A stretch of DNA of 59,921 nucleotides from Bacteroidales bacterium (GTDB lineage: Bacteria > Bacteroidota > Bacteroidia > Bacteroidales > WCHB1-69). How positions within the stretch are numbered: position 1 is the first letter of the stretch; each line of letters opens with the position of its first letter. The DNA lies in NCBI GenBank assembly GCA_016281255.1, contig JAEEIG010000055.1, positions 1-59,921 on the forward strand, in the 5' to 3' direction. A model generated the notes under the pieces. The model saw only the letters and a program-made list of their open reading frames with translations, ran no database searches and was not told the origin of the DNA. This document shows positions 43,770 to 52,190 of this stretch, piece by piece. Made by a program: the position numbers and the translations under genes.

Positions 43770-46722
43770 ATATCCGGTTTTCTGTAACTGTTTGACGGCC
43801 GCAAATATGCAAAAAATCGCACATCCGGCATTTATCCTCGTCGTCCGTCTGCGTGAAAGCGACGTCCCCGTCGAAAATCTCGCACAAAAGCAGATTCAGC
43901 CTTTCCGACAATAACGATTTGTACGTCAGTATGTCAGCGTCTCCGAAAAGCGTGCCGTCGAGGATATAATCCGCGTGGTTCATGTTGATTTCGCGGGTGC
44001 TGACTATGCCCACCTGCACGGAAGCGGGCTTCTCCTTCGCCCAATAATCGTACATCAACGCATAAACGGCTAATTGGAACAGCTTGTCGTACTTGCTGTC
44101 AGTGAAGATCTTGTCAATGGCCGCCCGCATCGCCTCCTCATTGCCCGCATCCTCCTTTTTGAGGGTCACTTTCAGGTTGGCGGTCTCCACCTTGCCGGTC
44201 TTGTAGTCCAATATCTTCACTTCACGCCCGTTGTTCTGCACCCGGTCCAGACTGCCCGTCATCTTCACCGACCAGTCTCGCCGGCCATCGGGACTTCGCA
44301 CCGGATAAGCCGGAATATCCACCCTCAATTCGTTCGCATAGATCCTCCACGGCAACATGTCGGCCAACTCCTTCTTGGCCTTCTCCAAATAGTGATGCAC
44401 CGTCTCCCGGACAATCTGCCGGTTGACAAGCCAGTGCCCCTGTTCCAAATCACTCTGTGTCAACGATTCACGACCTTTCAACTTCGTGATTTCACAACAG
44501 ATGTCATGGTCGGAAGTCTCGATATGCTTTTGCAGAATCTGCCCAAAACGGCCCGGATCGGACTCACCGGCAATTTCATCGAGCGCCGACTTGAAAATCG
44601 CGTGAATGACGGTGCCCAGCTCGTAGGGCTCCAGATGGTCGGTCAGCGGACGGTCTTCCCGCACCTTCATCAGATGCTGGAAACAGAACTTCAGCGGACA
44701 GGCGATGTAGGTCTGCAACGAGGAGGCCGAGAAAACATACCGGTTGAGCCGCTCCATCACCTCTTGGCTTTTGGGCATGGAGAGCGGCTTACGCACAGGC
44801 AGTGACAAATTGAAATCGAGCTGCCGATGCTGGATATGAATCACCTCTTCCAGATGTTGCGACTTCACCTCATATTCCAACTGGTTGATGAAACGGCTCT
44901 TCTCCGCCATACTGACATCTGAAGCATCGTTGTATATAAGCATCACATTTTCAGCGCGTTGCAACAACCTGAAAAAGTGATAGGCATAGACTTGATCCTG
45001 ATACAGATAATTGGGAAGCGCCTCCTGACCGTCGAACTTGAACTTGAAATCGAAGGGCAGGAGCGAGTTGTAGGTGATGCCTTTGGGGAGGATTCCTTCG
45101 TTCACGGAGAGCATGATCACGTTCCGGAAATCCATCATACGGGTCTCCAAGAGGCCCATCACTTGCAATCCGGTGTCGGGATCGCCCTGCATGGAGATGG
45201 CCACATCCCCCATCCGTTTGGTAACGGTGAACTTGGCAAATGCAAAATCCACAATCTGCTCATTATCAGCAAATACGGAATCAAAAAGAGCTTGCAATTC
45301 CTCTAATCGGCGGTTCACCTCCTGCCATAACTGCTGGTAAACCTCCTCAGTGGTCAGCGATGCGGCATAGGTGCAGAAGCGAAGCAGTACCGAAGGCAAA
45401 CGGCGGGACAATGCGGTCTTCGGACAATTCTCAAACAACTGTTTGTCAGTTAGTTGACTGTATCTTATCACCGTAGGGAAATAGCTTTTCCCCTTGGGCT
45501 GCAAAAGTTCATGCTTCCACAGCTGTTCCATCAATTCGCCGCTGAAGAGCAACTCCTTGTCATCATCGGCAGTCAGGGCGAAAACCGACTCATAGACGGC
45601 CAGCAGTTGTTGAAACAGGGAATAGACCGGCGTGGCCTCAAACGGGAAACCCATAGTCGCGTTAACGGTCACATTGTCGGATTTATAGGAGAGCAGGAAA
45701 GGCAGCAGGAGGTTTTCATCGGCCAGTACCACTGCGGTGTCGGACATATCTACCACCCTGCCGTTCCGGCATTGTTCGGGGTTGGCTTCCAACTTTTGCC
45801 GCTTGATGCGCTCCACCGCCCGGATGGCGGCATAAATCTGCCGCATGTTCTTGGAAGTGGAGACCACATTCACCGTCTTCGCAATGGTGGCGAAATGGTT
45901 CTCGTTGAAAAGCAGCTTCTTGGGATCGAGGTTCAACTTGTCGCAATTGCGTTGGATAAAGAACGAGGTTTCGCGCTGTGCGTAGGGTTTTCCCGACTGT
46001 CGGGCTTCCCCTATATGACAGTAGAACGGATCGATATCGAAGTAAATCTCGGTGCGGAAGCGCTCTTTCTGCGACTCCTTCAGATAACGGACAATGGTCA
46101 GTTCCGAAGGCGAAAGGGCATAAAACCCGGCAAAAATCAGCCGTTTGAAGGGCAGTTTCCGTGCGTATTCGTCCATATTCTCGGCGCAATCCCGGTAAAT
46201 CATCCCTTCGTATGCCTCGGAGGAGGCCGACAACGCGGACTTGTACTGCAGGTAAATACCCGCCAGCTGATGATAGAACTCCAGCTTTTCACGGTCCTCG
46301 GAAGAGATCTCCTCTTTTCCGAAGGGCACCTCGAAACGGGCCGCCGCGGCGAATTCCTTGAAGATGGCCGGTACGTCCTGCATCTGCATGTCCATGTCGC
46401 TGATGTCCTTCAGGAAGGCGTTGCCCCACGAAAGGAGGCTGTGCATCTCGAAATAGCCGCCGGAGCACTCCCGGGTCAACGTGTAGAGCCGCATGAGCTG
46501 GGTGACGGGATCCAGCACGCGAAGCGGGGAGAGCCAGGCCACGAACTCCTCCATCGGGAAGATCTGCGGCGCGAACATAGGCTGCCTCCCGTTGGCCACC
46601 GACAGCCCCTGCAACAACAGCCTTCTCGCACGTCGGTTCGGCAGAATCACGGCGACGTCATGCAACGGAATGGATTTGTCCGCAAGGATTATGTCTATTA
46701 TTTTCTTCAGAAACGGCTCCAT
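43768..46722 (-). CDS. PD-(D/E)xK nuclease family protein, AddB-like (984 aa)
   Basis: Large helicase-like inactivated N-region. The C-terminal nuclease carries the Cys cluster ...ACPLKFCF... and ...CRMCDFLHICG, the AddB/Cas4-type Fe-S motif. Confidence 0.8.
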   Translation of the reverse strand: MEPFLKKIIDIILADKSIPLHDVAVILPNRRARRLLLQGLSVANGRQPMFAPQIFPMEEFVAWLSPLRVLDPVTQLMRLYTLTRECSGGYFEMHSLLSWGNAFLKDISDMDMQMQDVPAIFKEFAAAARFEVPFGKEEISSEDREKLEFYHQLAGIYLQYKSALSASSEAYEGMIYRDCAENMDEYARKLPFKRLIFAGFYALSPSELTIVRYLKESQKERFRTEIYFDIDPFYCHIGEARQSGKPYAQRETSFFIQRNCDKLNLDPKKLLFNENHFATIAKTVNVVSTSKNMRQIYAAIRAVERIKRQKLEANPEQCRNGRVVDMSDTAVVLADENLLLPFLLSYKSDNVTVNATMGFPFEATPVYSLFQQLLAVYESVFALTADDDKELLFSGELMEQLWKHELLQPKGKSYFPTVIRYSQLTDKQLFENCPKTALSRRLPSVLLRFCTYAASLTTEEVYQQLWQEVNRRLEELQALFDSVFADNEQIVDFAFAKFTVTKRMGDVAISMQGDPDTGLQVMGLLETRMMDFRNVIMLSVNEGILPKGITYNSLLPFDFKFKFDGQEALPNYLYQDQVYAYHFFRLLQRAENVMLIYNDASDVSMAEKSRFINQLEYEVKSQHLEEVIHIQHRQLDFNLSLPVRKPLSMPKSQEVMERLNRYVFSASSLQTYIACPLKFCFQHLMKVREDRPLTDHLEPYELGTVIHAIFKSALDEIAGESDPGRFGQILQKHIETSDHDICCEITKLKGRESLTQSDLEQGHWLVNRQIVRETVHHYLEKAKKELADMLPWRIYANELRVDIPAYPVRSPDGRRDWSVKMTGSLDRVQNNGREVKILDYKTGKVETANLKVTLKKEDAGNEEAMRAAIDKIFTDSKYDKLFQLAVYALMYDYWAKEKPASVQVGIVSTREINMNHADYILDGTLFGDADILTYKSLLSERLNLLLCEIFDGDVAFTQTDDEDKCRMCDFLHICGRQTVTENRI

Positions 46723-46754
46723 GTGGAACTATTATTATTCTATGAACTTCAAAA

Positions 46755-46778
46755 CCTGTAAGCCTCTAAGCCCCTATA
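46755..46778. repeat. octamer repeat (CCNNTAWR) x3 at the ung stop
   Basis: Units read: cctgtaag cctctaag cccctata. The ung stop (46774..46776) lies inside it. Confidence 0.75.
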
Positions 46779-47448
46779 ACTGCCAATCAATCGGGCTTTT
46801 CCCCATTGACACTAAAATCTCGTTCGTCTTGGAGAAGTGACGGCAGCCGAAGAAGCCTCGGGAGGCGGATAGTGGCGACGGATGAGGCGCGGTGAGGACG
46901 TGATGCTTGCTCGTGTCGATAAGCCGTTGTTTCTCGATGGCATAGTTGCCCCAAAGCAGAAAGACGATTCCTTCGCGCTGCTCCGACAGCCGCTGGATGG
47001 CGCAGTCGGTGAAGGTCTCCCAGCCGTGACGCTGGTGCGAACCCGCCTGATGCGCACGCACCGTGAGAGTCGCGTTGAGCAACAGCACCCCCTGGTCCGC
47101 CCACGATTGCAAGTTGCCACTCACCGGAATCCGGAACCCTACATCCGCACTCAACTCCTTGAAGATGTTCTGCAGCGACTTGGGAATCGGCACACCGTCC
47201 TGCACCGAAAAGCAGAGACCGTGCGCCTGCCCTTCGCCATGGTAGGGGTCCTGCCCGATAATCACCACCTTCACTTGGTCGAACGGCGTGGAATTGAATG
47301 CATTGAAGATCTTCGGTCCGGGCGGAAACACCTGATAGTGCTTCTTCTCCTCCACCAGAAACGCTTTCAACTCCGCAAAATACGGTGCTTGGAACTGATC
47401 CCAGAGCACGCGTTTCCAGGATTCCTCAATAATCGGATTAACGGTCAT
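46774..47448 (-). CDS. ung: uracil-DNA glycosylase
   Basis: ...[22 protein letters not shown]...LLLNATLTV...HPSPLSA are family-1 UDG motifs. Confidence 0.95.
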   Translation of the reverse strand: MTVNPIIEESWKRVLWDQFQAPYFAELKAFLVEEKKHYQVFPPGPKIFNAFNSTPFDQVKVVIIGQDPYHGEGQAHGLCFSVQDGVPIPKSLQNIFKELSADVGFRIPVSGNLQSWADQGVLLLNATLTVRAHQAGSHQRHGWETFTDCAIQRLSEQREGIVFLLWGNYAIEKQRLIDTSKHHVLTAPHPSPLSASRGFFGCRHFSKTNEILVSMGKSPIDWQL

Positions 47449-47490
47449 AAACCTGAAACTTGAAACTTGAAACCTGAAACCTGAAACTTA
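47449..47490. repeat. heptamer tandem array (AAACYTG) x6 filling the whole purH-stop to ung-start gap
   Basis: Units read: aaacctg aaacttg aaacttg aaacctg aaacctg aaactta. The first base follows the ung ATG (47448). The last unit contains the purH stop (47488..47490). Confidence 0.95.
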
Positions 47491-49023
47491 GTGCTTAAAA
47501 TGCCGCACTCCGGTGAACACCATCGAAATCCCAAACTCGTTGCAGGCCTTGATGGAGTCTTCGTCGCGGACACTGCCGCCAGGTTGGATGATGGCGGTGA
47601 CACCGTACTCTTTCGCCATTTTCACCACATCGTCGAAGGGGAAGAAGGCGTCACTGGCGAGGCAGAGATTCGACGTAAGTCCCTTTTCCTTAGCCTCTTC
47701 CAAGGCGATATGCGCGGCGCCCACACGATTCATCTGTCCGGCGCCGATGCCGGCGATGCGACCATCGCAGGCCACCGTGATGGCGTTGGAACGCACATGT
47801 TTGCAAATCGTCATCGCAAGCTTCAGGTTCTCCATCTCTTCGGCAGTTGGAGCCTTTTCGGTCACCACCTTGATCTCGTAATCCTCAAAGCGTTTGCGGT
47901 CGAGCGACTGGCAGAGCAGACCACCGGCCACGCTCACGAACATCTTCTCGTCGGCATTGGATTTGTCGGTGCTGAAGGTCATCAGCCGGATGTTCTTCTT
48001 GGTGGAAAGGTGGTCGAAGGCCTCCTGTGTGAACGACGGCGCGAGGATGATTTCGAGGAAGACGGGCTTCATCGCCTCGGCGGTCGGCAAGTCGATTTCG
48101 CGGTTCGAAGCCACGATGCCGCCGAAGATGGAGACGCTGTCGGCCTCGTACGCGCGGGTCCATGCCTCCAAGGCACTCTCGCCGATGCCCACGCCGCAGG
48201 GGTTCTTGTGCTTCACGGCCACCATCGTCGGGCGGTCGAACTCGCGCAAGATCTGCAAAGCGGCGTCCGCATCTTGTATGTTGTTGTAAGACAGCTCTTT
48301 ACCATGCAATTGCTCGGCCCATGCCATCGAAAAGCCCTGCTTCTTGCCGGCATAGAAGGCAGCTTCCTGATGCGGGTTCTCTCCGTAACGCAGCGACTGC
48401 TTCTTGGTAAATGTAAGCGTCAGATTCTCAGGTTCTTTCTCTCCTACCTTCTCAGTCAGATAGGTAGAAATGTAAGTGTCGTAAGCGGCAGTGTGACGGA
48501 AAACCTTGGCGGCCAAACGACGGCGGGTCTCCAACGTGGTGTCGCCATGCGCTTTGAGTTCTTCGAGAACGGCGGCGTAGTCGGCATTATCGACCACCAC
48601 GGTCACGAAAGCGTGGTTTTTGGCCGCGCTGCGCAGCATGGAAGGACCGCCGATGTCGATGTTCTCGATGGCATCCTCAAACGTGGTTCCCTCTTTCTCA
48701 ATGGTTTGCTTGAAAGGATAGAGGTTCACCACCACCATGTCGATAGGGGAAATATGGTTGGTTTCCATCTCCTTCACATGCTCGGGATTGGTGCGCACGG
48801 AGAGCAGACCGCCATGCACCTTCGGGTGCAGGGTTTTCACACGGCCGTCCATGATTTCCGGAAAGCCGGTCACATCGCTGATACCGATAGTCTTCACGCC
48901 CGCGGCCTCTAACGCCTTGCGGGTGCCACCCGTGGAGATGATTTCAAAACCCAATTTGGTAAGTTCCTGAGCAAAAGGCACTACGCCTTCCTTGTTGCTC
49001 ACACTGATAATCGCTCTTTTCAT
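47488..49023 (-). CDS. purH: bifunctional AICAR transformylase / IMP cyclohydrolase
   Basis: MKRAIISVSNKEGVVPFAQELTKLGFEIISTGGT...GRVKTLHPKVHGG... is typical PurH. ATG 49023 is preferred over the ORF-track start at 49113. Confidence 0.95.
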   Translation of the reverse strand: MKRAIISVSNKEGVVPFAQELTKLGFEIISTGGTRKALEAAGVKTIGISDVTGFPEIMDGRVKTLHPKVHGGLLSVRTNPEHVKEMETNHISPIDMVVVNLYPFKQTIEKEGTTFEDAIENIDIGGPSMLRSAAKNHAFVTVVVDNADYAAVLEELKAHGDTTLETRRRLAAKVFRHTAAYDTYISTYLTEKVGEKEPENLTLTFTKKQSLRYGENPHQEAAFYAGKKQGFSMAWAEQLHGKELSYNNIQDADAALQILREFDRPTMVAVKHKNPCGVGIGESALEAWTRAYEADSVSIFGGIVASNREIDLPTAEAMKPVFLEIILAPSFTQEAFDHLSTKKNIRLMTFSTDKSNADEKMFVSVAGGLLCQSLDRKRFEDYEIKVVTEKAPTAEEMENLKLAMTICKHVRSNAITVACDGRIAGIGAGQMNRVGAAHIALEEAKEKGLTSNLCLASDAFFPFDDVVKMAKEYGVTAIIQPGGSVRDEDSIKACNEFGISMVFTGVRHFKH

Positions 49024-49082
49024 ATTCTTAAATTTTATTGACTTGCATTCAAACAAAAGCGCAAAAATACAAAAATCCGTTT

Positions 49083-49110
49083 TCCCTAAGCCCCTATGCC
49101 CGTAAGCCTT
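49083..49110. repeat. octamer repeat (YCCNTAWG) x3.5 next to the recO stop
   Basis: Units read: tccctaag cccctatg cccgtaag cctt. The last base is the first base of the recO stop triplet (49110..49112). Confidence 0.75.
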
Positions 49111-49820
49111 CAATGCAGAACCGTTGACAAAATCTCCAGCGAATCAATCTTCCGTATCTGCTCGTTATGTATCTGGAAATAGGCGACCAGACTCTTCAAA
49201 AGGGCGGTGCGGACGCCGCGCGAGACCTGCACCGGCTCCTCCTGATTCAACAATTGGTGCAGATAGCGGCTCTGCTGCTCGGACAGAATGCCCGCGCCTT
49301 CCACAAAGAAAGGCTGGAAAAGGCACTCCTGCAAGGAGAAGAAGGGATTCTCCCCGGAAAAATTGTCTTCGGGATAGTAACCCATCACCATGCTGAGTCG
49401 CAGCAAAAACCGCAACGGCAGCTCCGCCATATTATCCTTGGCGTCGTGCACCTTGGCGATTTCCTCCTGCAAAAAGCGGAACAGCACCTCATCCTCCCCC
49501 GCATCCATCAGCAGCTTATACAATATCTCATTGTAAAACAGCAGGATGGAACTTTTTACGGGATCATAATAGAGGGTCGAAGGGCGCCGCGGCGCGATGT
49601 CTTTCAAATATTTCAGGGAGCTCCTGCTGTGGTCGTCATAGGAGATGTCCATCTCCGCCAAAGGGGAGAAGTAGGAGGCGGCGAAACGATTGTTTTTCCG
49701 GAAGGCATTTTTGATGATAAACGACTGGTTCCCTTGCTGTTGTGTGAATATCTTCACAATCAGCGAGGTGTCGCCGTATTTCGTGGCGTGCATCACTATC
49801 CCCGGAGTCGAAACGATCAT
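49110..49820 (-). CDS. recO: DNA repair protein RecO
   Basis: MIVSTPGIVMHATKYGDTSLIVKIFTQQQGNQSFIIKNA is a typical RecO OB-fold N-terminus. 236 aa. Confidence 0.85.
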   Translation of the reverse strand: MIVSTPGIVMHATKYGDTSLIVKIFTQQQGNQSFIIKNAFRKNNRFAASYFSPLAEMDISYDDHSRSSLKYLKDIAPRRPSTLYYDPVKSSILLFYNEILYKLLMDAGEDEVLFRFLQEEIAKVHDAKDNMAELPLRFLLRLSMVMGYYPEDNFSGENPFFSLQECLFQPFFVEGAGILSEQQSRYLHQLLNQEEPVQVSRGVRTALLKSLVAYFQIHNEQIRKIDSLEILSTVLH

Positions 49821-49822
49821 AT

Positions 49823-49857
49823 CCTTTTGCCTTTTGCCTATTCCCTGTTGCCTTTAA
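49823..49857. repeat. heptamer repeat (CCTNTTS) x5 filling the porZ-like stop to recO start gap
   Basis: Units read: ccttttg ccttttg cctattc cctgttg cctttaa. The stop at 49854..49856 lies in the last unit, and the array starts 2 nt after the recO ATG. Confidence 0.8.
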
Positions 49858-52190
49858 TGAATAAACACGAATTTGGTGACCATTTTCTCCTTGCCCGTCT
49901 CGTCGGAAGCCATGACGTAATAGACGCCCGTGGCCGGACGGTTGCCGTAGTGGTCTTTGCAATGCCACACCAACTGGCCTCCGTCGCTGTAACCTTGCCA
50001 GACGAGCTTGCCGGAGCTGTCGGTAATCTTACACAACGAATTGTATTTCAACCCGTTTACCGCCACCACGCCCGTATAGTCGTGAGGCACGGGATTCGGA
50101 TAGACGGGCAGATCCTCGTAGGTGTCGAAAGCACCTGTGGCGGTGCCTTTATAGCTGACAAGCCCCTTTTCGGTGGCAAAGAAAACCTCGCCGGTGAACT
50201 GGTTCACGCATATATCCACAATCTGGTTGGAGAAGAGCGGGTGGTCATCCGCCGTGAAATGGAGCAGCTGTTCCTGCCCGTTCTCGCTCATCAGGAAAAC
50301 GCCGGCTTTGTTCGTGCCGATCCATTTCCGGTTGGCACCATCCACGGCAATCGCCGTAACTTCCTCATACTCAAAGAGCACCGACACATATCCATCCTGT
50401 TCCAAAAGGATGTTCCGCGGATAGACGTTGCCGTCGAAGACCTTGCTGGGATAGTAGATCACCTTCACGCCCTTATCGGTGCCTATCCAGATCTCGCCGT
50501 CCAGATCCTCGGCCATGCAATAGACCGTGGAGGAGCTGACTTCAGCCGCCGCATTCATGTCGATACGCATCAGCCTGTCGTCTCCCAAATTGTCGTAAGT
50601 ACCATTGTCGGTGAAAGCTATCAAATGGTAATCAGAGGCGCCACGTGGGAAATTCACCCACTTGTAGCCGCGTGAATCGATAAGCAGATTCTCCGCCACC
50701 ACCTCTTTCAAATCAGAGGCGCCGATGGTTGAGGTAATGTTGTAAGAATGCCATGTTCCGTCGGTGGCCAACATCTTCAGCATCGTGTTGCAATAGCTGT
50801 TGGTCATCCAGAGATTGCCCTTCTTGTCGTACTGCAGCCCCGACACAAAAGTCACGCTCCCCGTGCTGTCCAGGGGGGAGTTGGAGGCGTTGTAATGTTC
50901 GGTGACCCGGTGGTTTTTGCACTTGAAAACGCCATTGGTCCAAGAGGCCACGGCCCACTCATCCTCATGTTTGGGATTGATGGCCACCCGGGTCAAGTCT
51001 GTGGTGGCGTGTAGCGTGTCAAAGCTGGCGAAATCGTCAGCATTATACTGCCACTCCTGGCCCTCAAACCAGCTAAGCGCCGGATAGCGATACGCGGGCG
51101 CGTATGCCGTGGAGCCCCGGCGGGAACCGTGTACCGCCGCCACCACACCGTTGCGGGAGTCGAGATGCTCCACATAGTCGGTGTAGGGACCCGGCGCCGC
51201 ATAATAAAGAGACGTATAATAGGGCATACTGTAACCGACCAATCCGTACGCCATGTCGGCCACCCAGATGAAGTCACCGTCGAGCACGCCCTCTCGAATG
51301 TCTGGATAGCGGCCGTCAACATACCAGTAAGCTACACGAAACTGCTCCAGATCAGGGTTACACAACTCGACATAGTCCCAATTGCAGATCATCATCGTAT
51401 CGTGTTGCACCGACATGCAGCGCACCGACTCGTAAGTCCGGTCGGTGGCCATCCATTCATCCCCGAACGAGACACACAAGGTGTCCACACTCCCCTCTCC
51501 ATCTCCGGCGCGAATCGCATAGATCCTGTCGGGGCAACCCGCCAAAAAGGAGACATTCCAGTTGTTTTCCTCATCCCACTGCGAAAAATCCGGAGCCAAC
51601 GAGGAATTCTCCGGAATGCTGAACACCCCCTGTGTGGTGGAGAGATAGTATTTCTGGTTGCAGACCGCCACATCCGTCGGCGTGAGCTGCTCGCTGCCGC
51701 GCTTCGTGAACCAGGTGTCGGAGATGACCATATTCTCCAGATCAAAAAGCACCACCCCGAAGGGATAGACCAAAAAGGCGCGGCTGCCGATAATCCGGCA
51801 ATTCTGCAGGCGCTTCGAGCCCGTGATAGTCTTGTCCTTCACATCGCGCACATTCAACAGCCGGTCGTCGCGAATCATGTCAATATTGCCATTTTCATAG
51901 CAGATTATCAACACGTTATGGTTTTTGTCATAGTGAATCCGGATAATGTCGATATCCGACAGCCCGTCCACTTTCGACCAAGAGGTGAGTTCCGGCTGAC
52001 TCTGCGCCAAAGAGCTCTTGTCCAACAGCATCAGTCCATTCTCCGTTGCTGCATAGACGGTGTTGTCATCAGCAGCCACTGAAAAAAAGCGATTCAGGGA
52101 AATATGGGAACGGAATTGCCCGATAGGGGTCTGCGCCATCCCCGAAAAGAGGCATGACACCATGATTATCAAGACGATAAATTGTTTCAT
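49854..52190 (-). CDS. porZ: double beta-propeller (two-component-regulator propeller repeats) protein with T9SS CTD, PorZ-like
   Basis: 778 aa with a signal peptide. Recurrent Reg_prop-like motifs (VYAATENGLMLL, IWIGTDKGVKVIY, KWIGTNKAGVFLM, VFFATEKGLVSYKG). The C-terminal sorting domain reads ...GVYYVMASDETGKEKMVTKFVFIH. Size and architecture match PorZ. The name is an inference. Confidence 0.7.
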   Translation of the reverse strand: MKQFIVLIIMVSCLFSGMAQTPIGQFRSHISLNRFFSVAADDNTVYAATENGLMLLDKSSLAQSQPELTSWSKVDGLSDIDIIRIHYDKNHNVLIICYENGNIDMIRDDRLLNVRDVKDKTITGSKRLQNCRIIGSRAFLVYPFGVVLFDLENMVISDTWFTKRGSEQLTPTDVAVCNQKYYLSTTQGVFSIPENSSLAPDFSQWDEENNWNVSFLAGCPDRIYAIRAGDGEGSVDTLCVSFGDEWMATDRTYESVRCMSVQHDTMMICNWDYVELCNPDLEQFRVAYWYVDGRYPDIREGVLDGDFIWVADMAYGLVGYSMPYYTSLYYAAPGPYTDYVEHLDSRNGVVAAVHGSRRGSTAYAPAYRYPALSWFEGQEWQYNADDFASFDTLHATTDLTRVAINPKHEDEWAVASWTNGVFKCKNHRVTEHYNASNSPLDSTGSVTFVSGLQYDKKGNLWMTNSYCNTMLKMLATDGTWHSYNITSTIGASDLKEVVAENLLIDSRGYKWVNFPRGASDYHLIAFTDNGTYDNLGDDRLMRIDMNAAAEVSSSTVYCMAEDLDGEIWIGTDKGVKVIYYPSKVFDGNVYPRNILLEQDGYVSVLFEYEEVTAIAVDGANRKWIGTNKAGVFLMSENGQEQLLHFTADDHPLFSNQIVDICVNQFTGEVFFATEKGLVSYKGTATGAFDTYEDLPVYPNPVPHDYTGVVAVNGLKYNSLCKITDSSGKLVWQGYSDGGQLVWHCKDHYGNRPATGVYYVMASDETGKEKMVTKFVFIH

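Noticed and set aside
210-49857. The idea that the short tandem arrays act uniformly as six-frame translational stop blocks or as Shine-Dalgarno substitutes.
   Set aside because: Only the CTTAAGT family closes all six frames. The other families are open on one strand, and their orientation relative to the adjacent gene is not consistent. SD-like content is present in only one or two arrays.
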